Positions 18,138 to 29,353 of a DNA stretch of 64,000 nucleotides are shown here, piece by piece. A program made the position numbers and the translations under genes. The DNA is from Lachnospiraceae bacterium (lineage in GTDB: Bacteria > Bacillota > Clostridia > Lachnospirales > Lachnospiraceae), in NCBI GenBank assembly GCA_045130475.1, contig JBGUPU010000017.1:26635-90634 (forward strand). Direction: 5' to 3'. Under the pieces are notes generated by a model. It was not told the origin of the DNA and made no database searches. It was given only the letters and a program-made list of their open reading frames with translations. Each line of letters starts with the position of its first letter. Positions within the stretch are counted from its first letter, which is position 1.

Positions 18138-19376
18138 TCAGTCCAGAGGATACTTTGCAGTGATCTTCGCGATGATCGCCTTGGCGGGCTCGATGCCTGC
18201 CTCTTTGTTCTTGATGACAAGAGCGATCGCCTCGGCAACCTGGTCCATATCATCCTCTTTGAGACCGCGGGTTGTCGCTGCAGGAGAACCAAGACGGATA
18301 CCGCTGGTCACGAAAGGAGAACGCTGTTCATTGGGGATGGTATTCTTGTTGGCAGTGATGTGCGCTTCGTCAAGCCACTTCTCGACTTCCTTGCCCGTGA
18401 GATCCTGCTTTGTGAGGTCAACGAGCATCAGGTGGTTGTCAGTGCCGCCGGATACGATATCCACGCCCCTCTTCTTCAGGCCTTCGCAGAGTGCAGCTGC
18501 ATTGTTGATGACCTGCTGCTGATAAATCTTGAAGGAAGGATCCAGTGCCTCTTTGAAGCAGACAGCTTTGGCTGCGATGACATGCTCGAGAGGACCGCCC
18601 TGGGTGCCGGGGAAGACGCACTTGTTGAAGTTGTACTTCTTTGCAGTCTCTTCCATTGCAAGGATCATGCCGCCTCTGGGGCCGCGCAGGGTCTTGTGGG
18701 TCGTTGTGGTAACAACATCCGCATAAGGGAAGGGACTGGGATGAAGGCCTGCCACGACGAGGCCGGCGATGTGGGCAATGTCAGCCATCAGGACTGCGCC
18801 GCAGGCATCAGCTGCTTCACGGAATTTCTTGAAATCGATGGTCCTGCAGTAAGCGGAAGCACCGGCGATGATCATTTTGGGCTTTGCCTCGATCGCAATC
18901 CTTTTGAGCTCATCGTAATCAATGAATCCATTCTCATCTACGCCGTAAGGTACGATATTGTAATATGTACCGGAGATATTGGCCGCGCTGCCGTGAGTCA
19001 GATGTCCGCCCTGATTGAGGTTCATACCCATGAGGGTATCACCGGGCTTAAGAATGGCGAACTCGACCGCAAGGTTTGCGGAAGCACCGGAGTGGGGCTG
19101 CACGTTGGCATAAGTGCATCCGAAGAGCTCTTTTGCCCGCTCGATGGCAATAGTCTCGACAACATCGATCACCTGGCATCCGCCGTAATAGCGCTTGCCG
19201 GAATAACCTTCCGCGTATTTGTTGGTAAGAGGGCTTCCCATTGCAGCCATAACAGCCTTACTGGTCCAGTTCTCGGACGCGATCAGCTCGATATGGTCAT
19301 TCTGGCGCTCTACTTCCTGCTCAATCGCAGCGGCAATTTCGGGATCGATCTTTCTGACTTCCTCGATTGAATACAT
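18138..19376 (-). CDS. glyA: Serine hydroxymethyltransferase
   Basis: ELIASEN, NKYAEGY, GGHLTHG and [14 protein letters not shown] (PLP lysine) motifs. Confidence 0.99.
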   Translation of the reverse strand: MYSIEEVRKIDPEIAAAIEQEVERQNDHIELIASENWTSKAVMAAMGSPLTNKYAEGYSGKRYYGGCQVIDVVETIAIERAKELFGCTYANVQPHSGASANLAVEFAILKPGDTLMGMNLNQGGHLTHGSAANISGTYYNIVPYGVDENGFIDYDELKRIAIEAKPKMIIAGASAYCRTIDFKKFREAADACGAVLMADIAHIAGLVVAGLHPSPFPYADVVTTTTHKTLRGPRGGMILAMEETAKKYNFNKCVFPGTQGGPLEHVIAAKAVCFKEALDPSFKIYQQQVINNAAALCEGLKKRGVDIVSGGTDNHLMLVDLTKQDLTGKEVEKWLDEAHITANKNTIPNEQRSPFVTSGIRLGSPAATTRGLKEDDMDQVAEAIALVIKNKEAGIEPAKAIIAKITAKYPLD

Positions 19377-19731
19377 CTAATTCTCCCTTCTGGTACATTT
19401 GTAAGATTTCTATAATAGGATTTTATCCATAATATGCTGTATTTTGGATTATTTCATACAGAAACAAAGTATAACAAGAAGAATCCGGTTTCGCAAGCGC
19501 CAAAGATTCATAATTTGTGCCCCAATTCCTGTTTATTTTAGAAGTTTTTACCAATCTTCTGCTCTCTCATGCTTCCCCGGCATTTTCTTTATGCCCCGCC
19601 TTATGTCCCGGCGGCATATTTGCGAAGCGATATTATGAATTATTTATAAACGTTTCAAAAAGTTGTTGCCAATTTTCCTCTGAAGTTGTAACATGCCTGT
19701 AACCATGAAGTGGCTTTTTTTGTTCATAAAA

Positions 19732-19768
19732 ATATCTGATGAGGTTGTATTTTATATCTGATGAGGTT
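19732..19768 (+). repeat. 15-bp direct repeat (22-bp period) upstream of the PAP2-like gene
   Basis: ATATCTGATGAGGTT at 19732 and 19754. Confidence 0.8.
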
Positions 19769-19775
19769 TTTTGTT

Positions 19776-20525
19776 ATGAATAAGAGAATAATCAGTTTGA
19801 TCGGAGGACGTTTTGCAGGGGCCTTCCCCCTCAACAAGCTCAGAACGCTTCGCCCCATGTTCTTTTATATGATTGCCTATCTGGTCTCCTTTGGCCTGAT
19901 CGAACAGTGGAACCGCCTGCATTATACCGTTATTCATACGGTCGTTGATGACTTCATTCCGTTTTCGCCGGTTTTTGTCATCCCCTATATACTCTGGTTT
20001 CCTTACGTGGCGGGCTTCGGGCTCTTCCTCCTGATGGCAAATGAGGAGGCATATCACAGGTTCTGTACGGTGCTTGTCATCGGAATGACTGTTTTTATCG
20101 CGGTATCCGTGGTCTTTCCGAACATCCATCTGCTCCGCCCGGAAACTATGCCGGAGAACAATGTGTTCACTCACATGATCTCCCTGCTCTATCTGGCAGA
20201 CACACCGACAAACCTGACGCCCAGCATCCACGTATTCAACAGCCTGGCCGTGGTCACCGCCGCCTGGCAGTGGGACTGGCGCACTGAGACCGGACACAGC
20301 TTTTCCAACATGGTACGCGGCTTCTGGCGCATGTTCCTCACAGTGCTCGGGATCCTGATCACACTCTCAACAATGCTGATCAAGCAGCACTCCTTCTCGG
20401 ATGTTGCGATCGCAGGCGCCCTGTTCCTGTTCACTTATATTCTGGTCTATCGTCTGGATTTTGTATTCATCGGCGGAAAACGAATTCGCCGTCCGGCCCT
20501 TCGTCCGAGATCGGCGCGTTCCTGA
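19776..20525 (+). CDS. PAP2-superfamily membrane phosphatase/phosphotransferase (AUR1/IPC synthase-like)
   Basis: DDFIPFSPVFVIPY, DTPTNLTPSIHV and KQHSFSDV motifs; about 6 TM helices. Confidence 0.75.
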   Translation: MNKRIISLIGGRFAGAFPLNKLRTLRPMFFYMIAYLVSFGLIEQWNRLHYTVIHTVVDDFIPFSPVFVIPYILWFPYVAGFGLFLLMANEEAYHRFCTVLVIGMTVFIAVSVVFPNIHLLRPETMPENNVFTHMISLLYLADTPTNLTPSIHVFNSLAVVTAAWQWDWRTETGHSFSNMVRGFWRMFLTVLGILITLSTMLIKQHSFSDVAIAGALFLFTYILVYRLDFVFIGGKRIRRPALRPRSARS

Positions 20526-20538
20526 TCGATCACAAAAG

Positions 20539-20575
20539 CACAAAAAAGGATTGCCTCGGCAATCCTTTTTTTGTG
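20539..20575. terminator. Bidirectional intrinsic terminator
   Basis: cacaaaaaaggattgcc ... ggcaatcctttttttgtg inverted repeat. Confidence 0.9.
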
Positions 20576-20627
20576 TCCAGATTTCTGATATTTCTGTCTA
20601 AAATGTCTCAGCCTTACTTTCTCCGCA

Positions 20628-22151
20628 TCACTCCTCAGGTCTCTCCTCAAGGATGATGTTCATGCGGGCTGTGTTCTTTTTGACGCTGTATTCGTCAGGC
20701 CATGTAATGGAAGCAACACCTGCGGAATAAGTTTCCTCCATGCCTCCGCCGCCGCTGTCAGCCGCCTGGCGGAGGATGACCCAGTCTGTCCCCTCAGAGA
20801 GCTGCTGGTTGATCAGCTCTGCGATCTTGGACTCGGGCAGGTCTGTCTGGAAAGAACCCTTCATGCTGTCAAGCAGGGCGCTTGCATTGACGATCAGGGC
20901 CGGCGATGTCACCTTCTCAATGATGGCCTTCAGTACGGCCTCCTGGTCCTTGCCTCGCTGGTTGTCGCCGTCGGGGAAGCTGTAGCGCTCACGGCAGAAA
21001 GCCAGCGCCTCCCGGCCGTTGAGGTGGTTCCAGCCCTTATCGATATGTACTTTTTTGTCTGTGAAGCAGTCAAAATCGTAATCGGACCAGACATCCACGC
21101 CGTCAATCGCGTCCACAATATCGATCAGTGTCGTGAAATTGACGCGCACATAATAGGAAATGTCGATATTATAGAGGTTCTCCAGCGTCCGGATGGAGGC
21201 ATCTTCGCCGTAGATACCGGCATGAGTCAGCTTGTCCCGCATTCCATAGGAGACGTCCGGGATCTCCACATAATAATCGCGGGGCGTCGTTGTCATCAGG
21301 ATCTTTTTTGTCTTGGGATTGATCGTTACGATAATGTTGACATCGCTGCGGCTTGCCTGTGAGATATCACCCTTGACATCGATACCGCTGATCAGAAGGT
21401 GGAAAGGTTCTCCCGGTTCGACCGACTCATATTCCATCTCTGTGCGGATCTCATAGTTTTCGAGAACGCGGACATTTTCTGTATAGGCGTCGATGACCTC
21501 CTCCAGCACAGAGCCGTAGGCCTCTCTGTAGACAGCGGCATCCACTTCCTTTCCCAGAAGACCGCGGGCGGCTTCAAGCGCGGAGCTGTAGGATTTGTAC
21601 TGGATCTCTTCCACGCTCTCCAGGCCGGTCTCCCTCCGGATGCTCTCCAGAAGCGTATCCTTTTCATCCTTGGTAAGATCGTCCACAATACCGTATTGAT
21701 AGCCTTCCGTATCAGCCATCTCCTGTGCCGGGTCATCGGCACGGACAACAATATCGAGATAATCTGTCTTCAAGGTACTCTCGGCGTCCTTGAGCAGATG
21801 CATGGTCCGATACAGATAATTGCTTCCGACCAGCTGCACTATGATCATCAGGGCGCTGATCACAATGGCGACGATCCTGGTCCGCTTGCTGCGGATACTG
21901 ACCAGGAAAACGACCAGCAGCACAACAGCCGAAAGGATCGCAAATGCGGCCATAATGTACTTCCAGGGAATCATTCCCGTTCCGTTGAGCAGATAAATAA
22001 ACAGTGCCGCAGTGACAGCCTCGACCAGAGAGAGCACTGCGCCGATTGCCCTGAGTCTCGTGATAGAGACAGCGTTTTTGGATTTCTTTCTATTCTGTGA
22101 TGATTTATGATCTTTCTGCATGCTGGAACTCTTTTTTGTGTTTGTTGACAT
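20628..22151 (-). CDS. LCP (LytR-CpsA-Psr) family wall glycopolymer ligase
   Basis: Three N-terminal TM helices; SRSDVNII, TTPRDYYV, DKLTHAG and RERYSFPDGDNQRGKDQ motifs. Confidence 0.92.
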   Translation of the reverse strand: MSTNTKKSSSMQKDHKSSQNRKKSKNAVSITRLRAIGAVLSLVEAVTAALFIYLLNGTGMIPWKYIMAAFAILSAVVLLVVFLVSIRSKRTRIVAIVISALMIIVQLVGSNYLYRTMHLLKDAESTLKTDYLDIVVRADDPAQEMADTEGYQYGIVDDLTKDEKDTLLESIRRETGLESVEEIQYKSYSSALEAARGLLGKEVDAAVYREAYGSVLEEVIDAYTENVRVLENYEIRTEMEYESVEPGEPFHLLISGIDVKGDISQASRSDVNIIVTINPKTKKILMTTTPRDYYVEIPDVSYGMRDKLTHAGIYGEDASIRTLENLYNIDISYYVRVNFTTLIDIVDAIDGVDVWSDYDFDCFTDKKVHIDKGWNHLNGREALAFCRERYSFPDGDNQRGKDQEAVLKAIIEKVTSPALIVNASALLDSMKGSFQTDLPESKIAELINQQLSEGTDWVILRQAADSGGGGMEETYSAGVASITWPDEYSVKKNTARMNIILEERPEE

Positions 22152-22198
22152 TTTCTGCTACCTTATTATCCCGGAAGAATGATCCGGGAAGATCTTTC

Positions 22199-22894
22199 CT
22201 AACTTTTAAAGCCGGATTGAACCGATGTGACCAGGAAAGTGCCGTTATCGCGGATCACCATACCTGTCAGCCGGTTTCCGTAGACACATCCCGTGTCCAG
22301 AGCTATCATACCCGTTTCGGGCAGTACTGTCCAGACGTCTTCCTGTATTTTCCCGTAATGACTTCCCAGAAAATAGAGCGGCATGCGATAGGGTGTGTGC
22401 CCTGTAAGCACGATTTTTCCCTCATAATCTGTCTGACGTCCCCAGATCAGGGTTTCGATCGTATTCGCCGCAGGATCGGGATCTGTCATAGAAGCATGGA
22501 CACAGTTAAATTTCTCTGCCGCATAGTAATACGGCATTTTCTCGTACCAGTCAATGAACTCCCGGATCCGGTGCTTATGATGGAGGAAGGAATAAACAGT
22601 CTTTTCACCGCTGTTATAATACCACAGGTCTTTGTCCCTTCCGCCGTTATAAAGGGCATCGATCATCATCTGCTCATGGTTGCCCCGGATCAGGACGCAG
22701 CGGTCTCCCATTCTCTCCTTCAAGTCCCGCAGAAAAACGAAGGTCTCATAAATTTTAGGCCCTCTGTCAATCGTATCGCCCAGATTGACCAGTGTGTCAT
22801 TTTTTTCATCGAAGGCCATTTTCTGCAGGAGTTCTCTGCATTCATCATAGCAGCCATGTATATCTGTAATGACAATTGTCCTGCTGTCTCCCAC
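22199..22894 (-). CDS. Calcineurin-like metallophosphoesterase (Ser/Thr protein phosphatase-like)
   Basis: DIHG, GDTIDRG, GNHE, GHTP and DTGCVYG motifs. Confidence 0.9.
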   Translation of the reverse strand: MGDSRTIVITDIHGCYDECRELLQKMAFDEKNDTLVNLGDTIDRGPKIYETFVFLRDLKERMGDRCVLIRGNHEQMMIDALYNGGRDKDLWYYNSGEKTVYSFLHHKHRIREFIDWYEKMPYYYAAEKFNCVHASMTDPDPAANTIETLIWGRQTDYEGKIVLTGHTPYRMPLYFLGSHYGKIQEDVWTVLPETGMIALDTGCVYGNRLTGMVIRDNGTFLVTSVQSGFKS

Positions 22895-22963
22895 TGCCTT
22901 CTCCTTTCAAAGTCTTGTACTGCAGACCGTCGGGAGAACCCCTCCCCCGGGAACGGCCGGCTT

Positions 22964-23326
22964 TTATGTTCTGAAAAAGGGATCCTGCGTCTCCCCGTAT
23001 TCCTCATCCGCCCCGGCCTCTTCAGGCTCATCGGGCTCCCCGCCGGCAAAAACAAAGCTGCTGCCGGGCAGTTCCTTCTCCGCATCTGAGAGAACTGTAC
23101 GGAATCTGTCAAAATATACCGGATCCCCCTCCTGCAGTTCCTCCCATGCGGTAAAGCAGATGTGCAGGGGAGCGAAACCGTCTGTCAGTACATCATAGAG
23201 GGCATCCAGATTTCTGCCGTACCAGGAAGGAAGCCCCAGTGTCTTCTCCAGGCGGCGGTGAAGCGCTGTCCGGTCACTGACGCCGGACAGATCCGCTGTA
23301 TGATAATGCATTTCTTTATCCATCAT
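22964..23326 (-). CDS. Barstar-family ribonuclease inhibitor
   Basis: LGLPSWYGRNLDALYDVLT motif; ATGA overlap with the upstream RNase gene. Confidence 0.92.
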   Translation of the reverse strand: MMDKEMHYHTADLSGVSDRTALHRRLEKTLGLPSWYGRNLDALYDVLTDGFAPLHICFTAWEELQEGDPVYFDRFRTVLSDAEKELPGSSFVFAGGEPDEPEEAGADEEYGETQDPFFRT

Positions 23327-23976
23327 TTGCTCCCGTAAAGAAGTGTAAAGGTCTCATAATGGTCCTTCGTATAGTAGATCCGGCCGTCATCGGAGTAGAT
23401 GATCCTCTCCGGCCCCCTGCGTCTGGCTCCGAGAGTATTTATGTCACATTCGTGATAATTGCCGTCGGGCAGGATACCCTCATAGTTTCCGAAGCGGTCG
23501 CCGCCAATGCACATGCCGGGGACATAATCCTCCAGGGAGCCGCCGGACCATCCTTTCTGTCTCGCTTCCTTCTTTGTCATAAAATTATTCGGAAGTCTGC
23601 CGTAGGTATGAATATACAGGGCAACGTCATCTTTGGTCGTGTAGACACCGTTGACGTCAATCTGCCCGCCTTCGGAAAGCTGATCTTCTTTTTCGTAGGA
23701 CTGGTCCTCAGATCCGTCGTCATCCCCGCCTCCATAGTCGGACTCGGGGTCATAGGAATCCCCGTTTTCATCCGCGAGGGAGTCCTGCTGATCATCAAAG
23801 CCGCCCTCCGCCGGATTATCGGCGGCAGCTTCTACTTTCTGCAGTTCCTGTTCCTTATTCTTCTGCGCGCTGTCCGCCGCAGCGGCGGATTTTCCGCAGC
23901 CTCCTGCCGCTGCCAGCAGCAGGCAGAGAAGGGGGATCAGAAACCATCTTTTCCAGTTCTTGCATCGGTTTTTCAT
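23323..23976 (-). CDS. Barnase-like guanyl-specific RNase, lipoprotein
   Basis: Lipobox LAAAGGC, acidic linker, then LPNNFMTKKEA, GGDRFGNYEG, YHECDIN, RGPERIIYS and TKDHYETF (catalytic K/E/R/R/H equivalents present). Confidence 0.92.
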   Translation of the reverse strand: MKNRCKNWKRWFLIPLLCLLLAAAGGCGKSAAAADSAQKNKEQELQKVEAAADNPAEGGFDDQQDSLADENGDSYDPESDYGGGDDDGSEDQSYEKEDQLSEGGQIDVNGVYTTKDDVALYIHTYGRLPNNFMTKKEARQKGWSGGSLEDYVPGMCIGGDRFGNYEGILPDGNYHECDINTLGARRRGPERIIYSDDGRIYYTKDHYETFTLLYGSK

Positions 23977-24043
23977 ATCTGCTTGCTTTCTCCTTTTCCG
24001 GGTTCACCCGCTGCAGAAGGCCTTTCACAGGGGTCTTGTTTGT

Positions 24044-26767
24044 TTATTCTTTTCTGCTGCGGGGTGTGATCCTTCCATGTGCCTGAAGGACAGGCGTCAG
24101 GATCCTGATCACCTTTTCCGTCTCGATCGGTTTTGCGATAAAAGCATCCATACCCGCTTCCAGGCATTTGCGCATATCCTCTTCGAACACGTTGGCGGTC
24201 ATTGCCACGATCGGGATGCCGGCATGATCCAGATCCTGCATGCTCCTGATCCTGGAAGTAGCCTCATAGCCGTCCATGACAGGCATCTGTACATCCATCA
24301 GAATGGCATCATAATATCCCTTCTGCGAGATGGCAACCATACGGACCGCCTCGCGTCCGTTAACGGCACTTTCAACCGTAAAGCCGGCCTCCTCCAGAAG
24401 TTCACAGGCGATCTCCATATTGAGTTCATTGTCTTCGACCACCAGGATTCTCTTGCCATGGGGATCAAGCTCCACAAAGAGCTCGCCTGAAGAATAATCT
24501 CTTTCCTTTTCCGCATCAGAGCCGCTTTCAGTCTCCGACTGGTCAGATCGTACAGATTCGTTCGGTCCGGAATCGTTCTGCCTGTTGTCCAGTGCTTCTC
24601 TGCGTCCTCTGGATCTGTTCTCCACAATGATCCGGTCTTCTGCGCTGTCTTCCTCAACAGCATCCCATTCCTGCAGCCGCAGAGAAATATGGATGATCAC
24701 TTCCGTGCCGACACCCTGCTCAGTATTGACATCGATGGTGCCGCCCATGGTCTCCACGATTCCCTTGCAGATGGCCATTCCGAGGCCGTTGCCGGGCACT
24801 TTGCTGAGTGTGGAGCTGTACTCTCTTTCAAAGGGCTCAAAGATATGGCTTACAAACTCATCACTCATGCCGATGCCGTTGTCCCGGACACAGATCCGCA
24901 GGGCGGCATAGCCCTTGGGCGCAGGCTCTTCTTCCTCAATCTCCAGCGAGATCCTGCCGCCGACGCCGGTAAATTTTACAGCGTTGTTCAGGAGGTTCAG
25001 GAGAAGCTGGCGCATGACCAACGGGTCGTAATGATACTTCATCCCGCTTCCGCTGCCCATAACGACAGAAATGTCCTGATTCTTGTCTCTGATCTGCGGC
25101 AGCAGAGCGTCCTGTACATAGTTGACAGTGTCTTCGAGTGAGCAGTCGATCTCATGGAGCTCCATACGGCCGCTCTCGATCCGGCTCATATCCAGTATAT
25201 TGTTGATCAGCTCCAGCAGATGGTCTCCGGAATCCAGAATCTTTTCAAGGCAGTCCTCCACCCGCTCTTTCTCATCCAGATGTTTGAGGGCAATCCGCGT
25301 AAATCCCAGGATCGCGTTCATGGGCGTCCTTATATCATGAGACATGTTGGTCAGGAACAGGCTCTTTGCCCGGTCTGCGTTCCTCGCCCTCTCCAGAGCG
25401 TTTTCCAGAAGGCGTCTCTGCTGCTGTTCCATGCGGCGTTCATCCTCAATACAGGCAAAACCGATGACCACCTCGCGCAATGGCTCTTTTCTGCTTCCGA
25501 CCCGGACAAGCTTTGCCCTGTAATACTGGGGTCCCCGTGACCTTCCGGCACGGAATGTGAAGGAAAACAGGTCCTTCCCCTCCAGATTTCTGCGGAGTGT
25601 ATCAGCCTCCAGAAAATATTGGAACTTGCTCCCGTCCTGTTCGTAGACAGCCTTCTCCGAAAACAATTGTACAGACTCACTGAAGGAAGGCGCAAAACAA
25701 TCTGCATAAGTGGACATAATATGCTCATTGCGGCGGTAAACCTCATAGGTATCTGTATCCAGACTCAGGAAGAAGACAGTCGAATAGTCGATGGACAGGG
25801 CTGCGATCATATTCATGCGCCGCCGGTTTTCTATCTCGACAGACTTCTGCTCCGTGATATCCCGCATGAAAACCAGTCCTGTAACATCTCCGGAATTTTC
25901 ATCCTTTGTCAGCAGAATTGTCTCGCGGATGTAAACAGACCTGTTCAGTTTGTCCTTGACCTGGTAAGTGAGGACCACCTTATCGTTGCCCCTTCTGAAA
26001 GTTTCCAGAAGTGATTCACGGTTGACTGTGCGGGCATGGATTTCCCGATCCTTCTCGTCTACCACGCGCAGATTCCAGTTCTCTGACAGGATATTAAAGG
26101 GACCGGGCAGATCGACTCCGGGCACGTAATAAAAGAGATCCGGATTATCCAGTTCCGAGGCATAAATGATATTCTTTGTAATATTGAACTCAAAGACACC
26201 CGCCGCGTCTTCCAGCATGGCTCCTTTATATCTTTTTTCCTGTTCAAGACGACGGCGCAGCACATCCAGACTGTTTTCGATTTCTTCAGTAAAAGGTCCT
26301 TTATGGGGTATCGCGAAAGAAGTGCCGGAAGAGCTGCGGTCAGGTCCGGGTTTCGCCATCAGGACCCGCACCGGCTCACCGTCTTTTTCTTCCAGCAGAC
26401 GCACCTCGACCTTCATCCAGTTGTCCATACCGCGTCGCGGAAAGACAAAGCTGAAGCTTTCCTGCATCTTGAGCATATTCCGAATGTTCTCACGGCTGCC
26501 GGCCACTTCGCGCCAGGGAGTAAAAGCCGGCTCCGGAAGAAGGCGGCTGTTCAGTTTGTTAAAAACAGAGTACTTGTCCGTCTGTCGGATGATTTCTGTG
26601 AGAACAGGGTCTTCCTCCCTCTCGAACAGCAGCTCATAGCTGTCCTTTTCAAGATCCACGATAAAAGCCCTGATATAATCAGATAAAAATGAATGCAGGA
26701 GCAATTCCTTCGGAACAGAAAGATTCAGCCTGCCTGTGTACTTTTCTTTTCTGCTTTCTTTCTGCAT
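24044..26767 (-). CDS. Hybrid sensor histidine kinase/response regulator, cytoplasmic with PAS-like input region
   Basis: H-box [12 protein letters not shown]-box [11 protein letters not shown]-boxes DNGIGM and GNGLGM, receiver LMDVQMP. ATG 26767 follows GGAGGA. Confidence 0.93.
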   Translation of the reverse strand: MQKESRKEKYTGRLNLSVPKELLLHSFLSDYIRAFIVDLEKDSYELLFEREEDPVLTEIIRQTDKYSVFNKLNSRLLPEPAFTPWREVAGSRENIRNMLKMQESFSFVFPRRGMDNWMKVEVRLLEEKDGEPVRVLMAKPGPDRSSSGTSFAIPHKGPFTEEIENSLDVLRRRLEQEKRYKGAMLEDAAGVFEFNITKNIIYASELDNPDLFYYVPGVDLPGPFNILSENWNLRVVDEKDREIHARTVNRESLLETFRRGNDKVVLTYQVKDKLNRSVYIRETILLTKDENSGDVTGLVFMRDITEQKSVEIENRRRMNMIAALSIDYSTVFFLSLDTDTYEVYRRNEHIMSTYADCFAPSFSESVQLFSEKAVYEQDGSKFQYFLEADTLRRNLEGKDLFSFTFRAGRSRGPQYYRAKLVRVGSRKEPLREVVIGFACIEDERRMEQQQRRLLENALERARNADRAKSLFLTNMSHDIRTPMNAILGFTRIALKHLDEKERVEDCLEKILDSGDHLLELINNILDMSRIESGRMELHEIDCSLEDTVNYVQDALLPQIRDKNQDISVVMGSGSGMKYHYDPLVMRQLLLNLLNNAVKFTGVGGRISLEIEEEEPAPKGYAALRICVRDNGIGMSDEFVSHIFEPFEREYSSTLSKVPGNGLGMAICKGIVETMGGTIDVNTEQGVGTEVIIHISLRLQEWDAVEEDSAEDRIIVENRSRGRREALDNRQNDSGPNESVRSDQSETESGSDAEKERDYSSGELFVELDPHGKRILVVEDNELNMEIACELLEEAGFTVESAVNGREAVRMVAISQKGYYDAILMDVQMPVMDGYEATSRIRSMQDLDHAGIPIVAMTANVFEEDMRKCLEAGMDAFIAKPIETEKVIRILTPVLQAHGRITPRSRKE

Positions 26768-26977
26768 AAACCCTGATCCTCCTGTATATGCTCCGCAGAG
26801 CATCAGATCGAGCCTGTAACCGCTTACGCCGCAGCAAGGGCGTCAGCCTGTAACAGCAGCGTGAAGAATGATAAGGTTCCACTTGACATCCGGCAATTGG
26901 GGTGATTATCCTAATAATCAGCACGTAACCGCAGGAAACTGCTCACATCGGCACAAAGCCGGACAATAGGGAAAAAC

Positions 26978-27421
26978 ATGAAAAAAATCACAATAGAAGG
27001 AACCTACACAAGGCCTAACGCTGTCTTCTATGACACCTATGTAAAAATCGGCCGTCAGAAATACGATTATACTGACATCACGGATGTGCGCTCCGTTTCC
27101 GCGCCTGCCCGCCTTGTCAACGGCCTGGTACAGCTTTCCCTGCGGGACGGCGGCGTCCTTCATGTGACATATTTTCTCAGGGATGTCGAAAATATGCGCA
27201 GAGCGATGCAGCTCATCATGCCCTATGTCCGCAAAAACAAGGAGTCTGAAGCAGCTTCCGCCTTCCTCGAGAGCGACCTGTTCGAAAAACAGACTCCCGA
27301 AGGAAAAAAGGAGCTCAGCATCGCCGACGAGATCCTCAAGCTCTCCCGCCTGCGCGACCAGGGCGATATCTCTCAGGAAGAATACGACCTGCTCAAGGCC
27401 CGTCTCATTGAAAAGGCATAA
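26978..27421 (+). CDS. SHOCT domain-containing protein
   Basis: C-terminal ADEILKLSRLRDQGDISQEEYDLLKARLI. Confidence 0.8.
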   Translation: MKKITIEGTYTRPNAVFYDTYVKIGRQKYDYTDITDVRSVSAPARLVNGLVQLSLRDGGVLHVTYFLRDVENMRRAMQLIMPYVRKNKESEAASAFLESDLFEKQTPEGKKELSIADEILKLSRLRDQGDISQEEYDLLKARLIEKA

Positions 27422-27455
27422 AGCAGAAAAGCATAAGCTCCTGCGTCTTTTACGT

Positions 27456-27695
27456 TTATTCCTCCTGCAGCCTTGTGATCAGCGCAAGAATGGCGTCCAC
27501 GGAATTAAAGTTTTCCGGCACAAGATCATTCACGTTGATGCTGATATCAAATGCATCATTGATTTCGCTGACGATAGAGATGATGTCAAAAGAATCGAGT
27601 AGCTGATCGTCGATCAGTGCAGTCTCGGTTTCAAAATCTATTTCCGGCCTGGTTTCTTCCAGGATCTCCATCAGTTCTTCTCTGTTCTCTTCCAT
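27456..27695 (-). CDS. Acyl/aminoacyl carrier protein (DltC-like)
   Basis: 79 aa, acidic, LLDSFD phosphopantetheine serine motif, PENFNSV. Confidence 0.9.
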   Translation of the reverse strand: MEENREELMEILEETRPEIDFETETALIDDQLLDSFDIISIVSEINDAFDISINVNDLVPENFNSVDAILALITRLQEE

Positions 27696-27730
27696 TTTCA
27701 GCTGTCAGCGCATTTTTGATCGTTTTTATC

Positions 27731-29314
27731 TTATAATGAAGCAAGTTTTATCCGGTCGATCTTGCCGTTCGCGTTGTGCGGCATGGCATCCAGCCGGATA
27801 TATTTTGATGGGTACATATATTTCGGGAGCTTTTCGCGCACCAGTTTCCCGATCTCCTTTTTCAGATCCTTCTCAGCCTGATAGTAGAATAAGATCTTCT
27901 GCTTTTCCTCATTGTAGACACAACAGCACTCGTCGATATCCGCAAGAGCTCCGAGGGTGATCTCGATCTCGCTCAGCTCGATCCTGTATCCCATGTGCTT
28001 GATCTGAAAATCCCTGCGGGAGACCCAGACAATGTTGCCGTCCTTATCATATCTGCCAAGGTCGCCCGTCCTGTACATAATCTCCCTATAGGCGGCGAAG
28101 GGATTCTGAACAAACACTTCTCCGGTCATCTGAGGATTTCCGTAGTATCCCTGTGAAAGCGTGCTGCTTACCACACAGATCTCTCCCCTTTCTTCCGTTC
28201 CCTGTACCATGGTGCCGTCCTCTTTGAGGAGGAAGACTTTAGCGTCAGGGAAGGGCCTGCCGGCGGGAAGCCTCGAATCATCTGCTAGTATTTTATCATA
28301 AATAAAGTATAAAAAGTTACCTGCTGTCTCTGTTGCTCCGTAAATATTAATAAATTCGGTCTCCGGGAGCAGCTCCTTCCAGTAATTCAGCTGTCTGACA
28401 GGCATCTGTTCTCCCACGAAAAAGACTTTTTCCAGCGCTTTGGGAATCCCGAACATATTCAGGCTGTCCGTATTGGCCGCCAGGGACAGGGCGGAAGGCA
28501 CCCAGATGATCTTCGTGATCTTCTGCTCGTTCAGATAATTGATCAGATACTGCGGGAAAGAGAAAAACTGTTTGGGAATAATATGTACAGTCAGTCCGCA
28601 TTTGAGACAGCTGAACAGGTCCTTGGTCGACGCGTCAAAATAAAAGGGAAGCTGATTGCCGAGAATATCCCTCTCCCCAAATCCGAACATCTCCGTAAAC
28701 AGATCTATAAAGCCGGTCATGGCAGCATGGCTCTTGACTACGAGCTTGGGCTCACCGGTCGTACCCGATGTAAAAATCCCGTAGAGAGGATCAAAGGAAC
28801 AGCTTTTGGCAATCTGTGCCGCAGCGAAGCTGTCCAATTCCTCCTGTAGGCCCTGTGGACAGACAGCGTCCGCTGCTATGCCGGCACCTGTGTCTTTCTC
28901 CGGACTCTGATAGACGTCTGAGAAAAGGAGTCTCTCACTGCCGTACTTCTCTATGCCGCAGCTGACCGCGCCGATGAAATCGACTGTTCCCAGCATTTTT
29001 TCAATTCGTGCATCCGGCAGAGAGGAATCCACCGGCACATAGAAGTTGCCGCTGTAGACACATGCCAGCATGCAGACCAGGGAGTTGATGTCCCTCCCGC
29101 CGATCACACAGACAGGACGCCGCGTCAAAAAGCCTGCAGCTTTCGCGATCCGCATTCCATAGGCTGCCGCCTTCCGGCGCAGTTCGGAGAAGGTGATCGT
29201 GTCCTCCCCGCACACAAAAGCGGCTTTATCAGGCAGTCTCTCAGCAGTTTTTTCAAGGTACTCCAGTATATTTCTCACATTGCTCATAGTAATGACTCTC
29301 TGTTCCGAAAGCAC
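27731..29314 (-). CDS. Stand-alone amino acid adenylation domain (DltA-like)
   Basis: FTSGTTGEPK, YGATE, YRTGDLG, QIKHMGYRIEL and NANGKIDR motifs. Confidence 0.9.
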   Translation of the reverse strand: MLSEQRVITMSNVRNILEYLEKTAERLPDKAAFVCGEDTITFSELRRKAAAYGMRIAKAAGFLTRRPVCVIGGRDINSLVCMLACVYSGNFYVPVDSSLPDARIEKMLGTVDFIGAVSCGIEKYGSERLLFSDVYQSPEKDTGAGIAADAVCPQGLQEELDSFAAAQIAKSCSFDPLYGIFTSGTTGEPKLVVKSHAAMTGFIDLFTEMFGFGERDILGNQLPFYFDASTKDLFSCLKCGLTVHIIPKQFFSFPQYLINYLNEQKITKIIWVPSALSLAANTDSLNMFGIPKALEKVFFVGEQMPVRQLNYWKELLPETEFINIYGATETAGNFLYFIYDKILADDSRLPAGRPFPDAKVFLLKEDGTMVQGTEERGEICVVSSTLSQGYYGNPQMTGEVFVQNPFAAYREIMYRTGDLGRYDKDGNIVWVSRRDFQIKHMGYRIELSEIEITLGALADIDECCCVYNEEKQKILFYYQAEKDLKKEIGKLVREKLPKYMYPSKYIRLDAMPHNANGKIDRIKLASL

Positions 29315-29353
29315 ATACAGCCCTGCCCCGCATCAGAGGAGGCAGGAATCTCA

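Noticed and set aside
26813-26856. AGCCTGTAAC direct repeat between the kinase and SHOCT genes
   Set aside because: Only 10 bp with two copies 34 bp apart and no further support; compatible with chance or local duplication.
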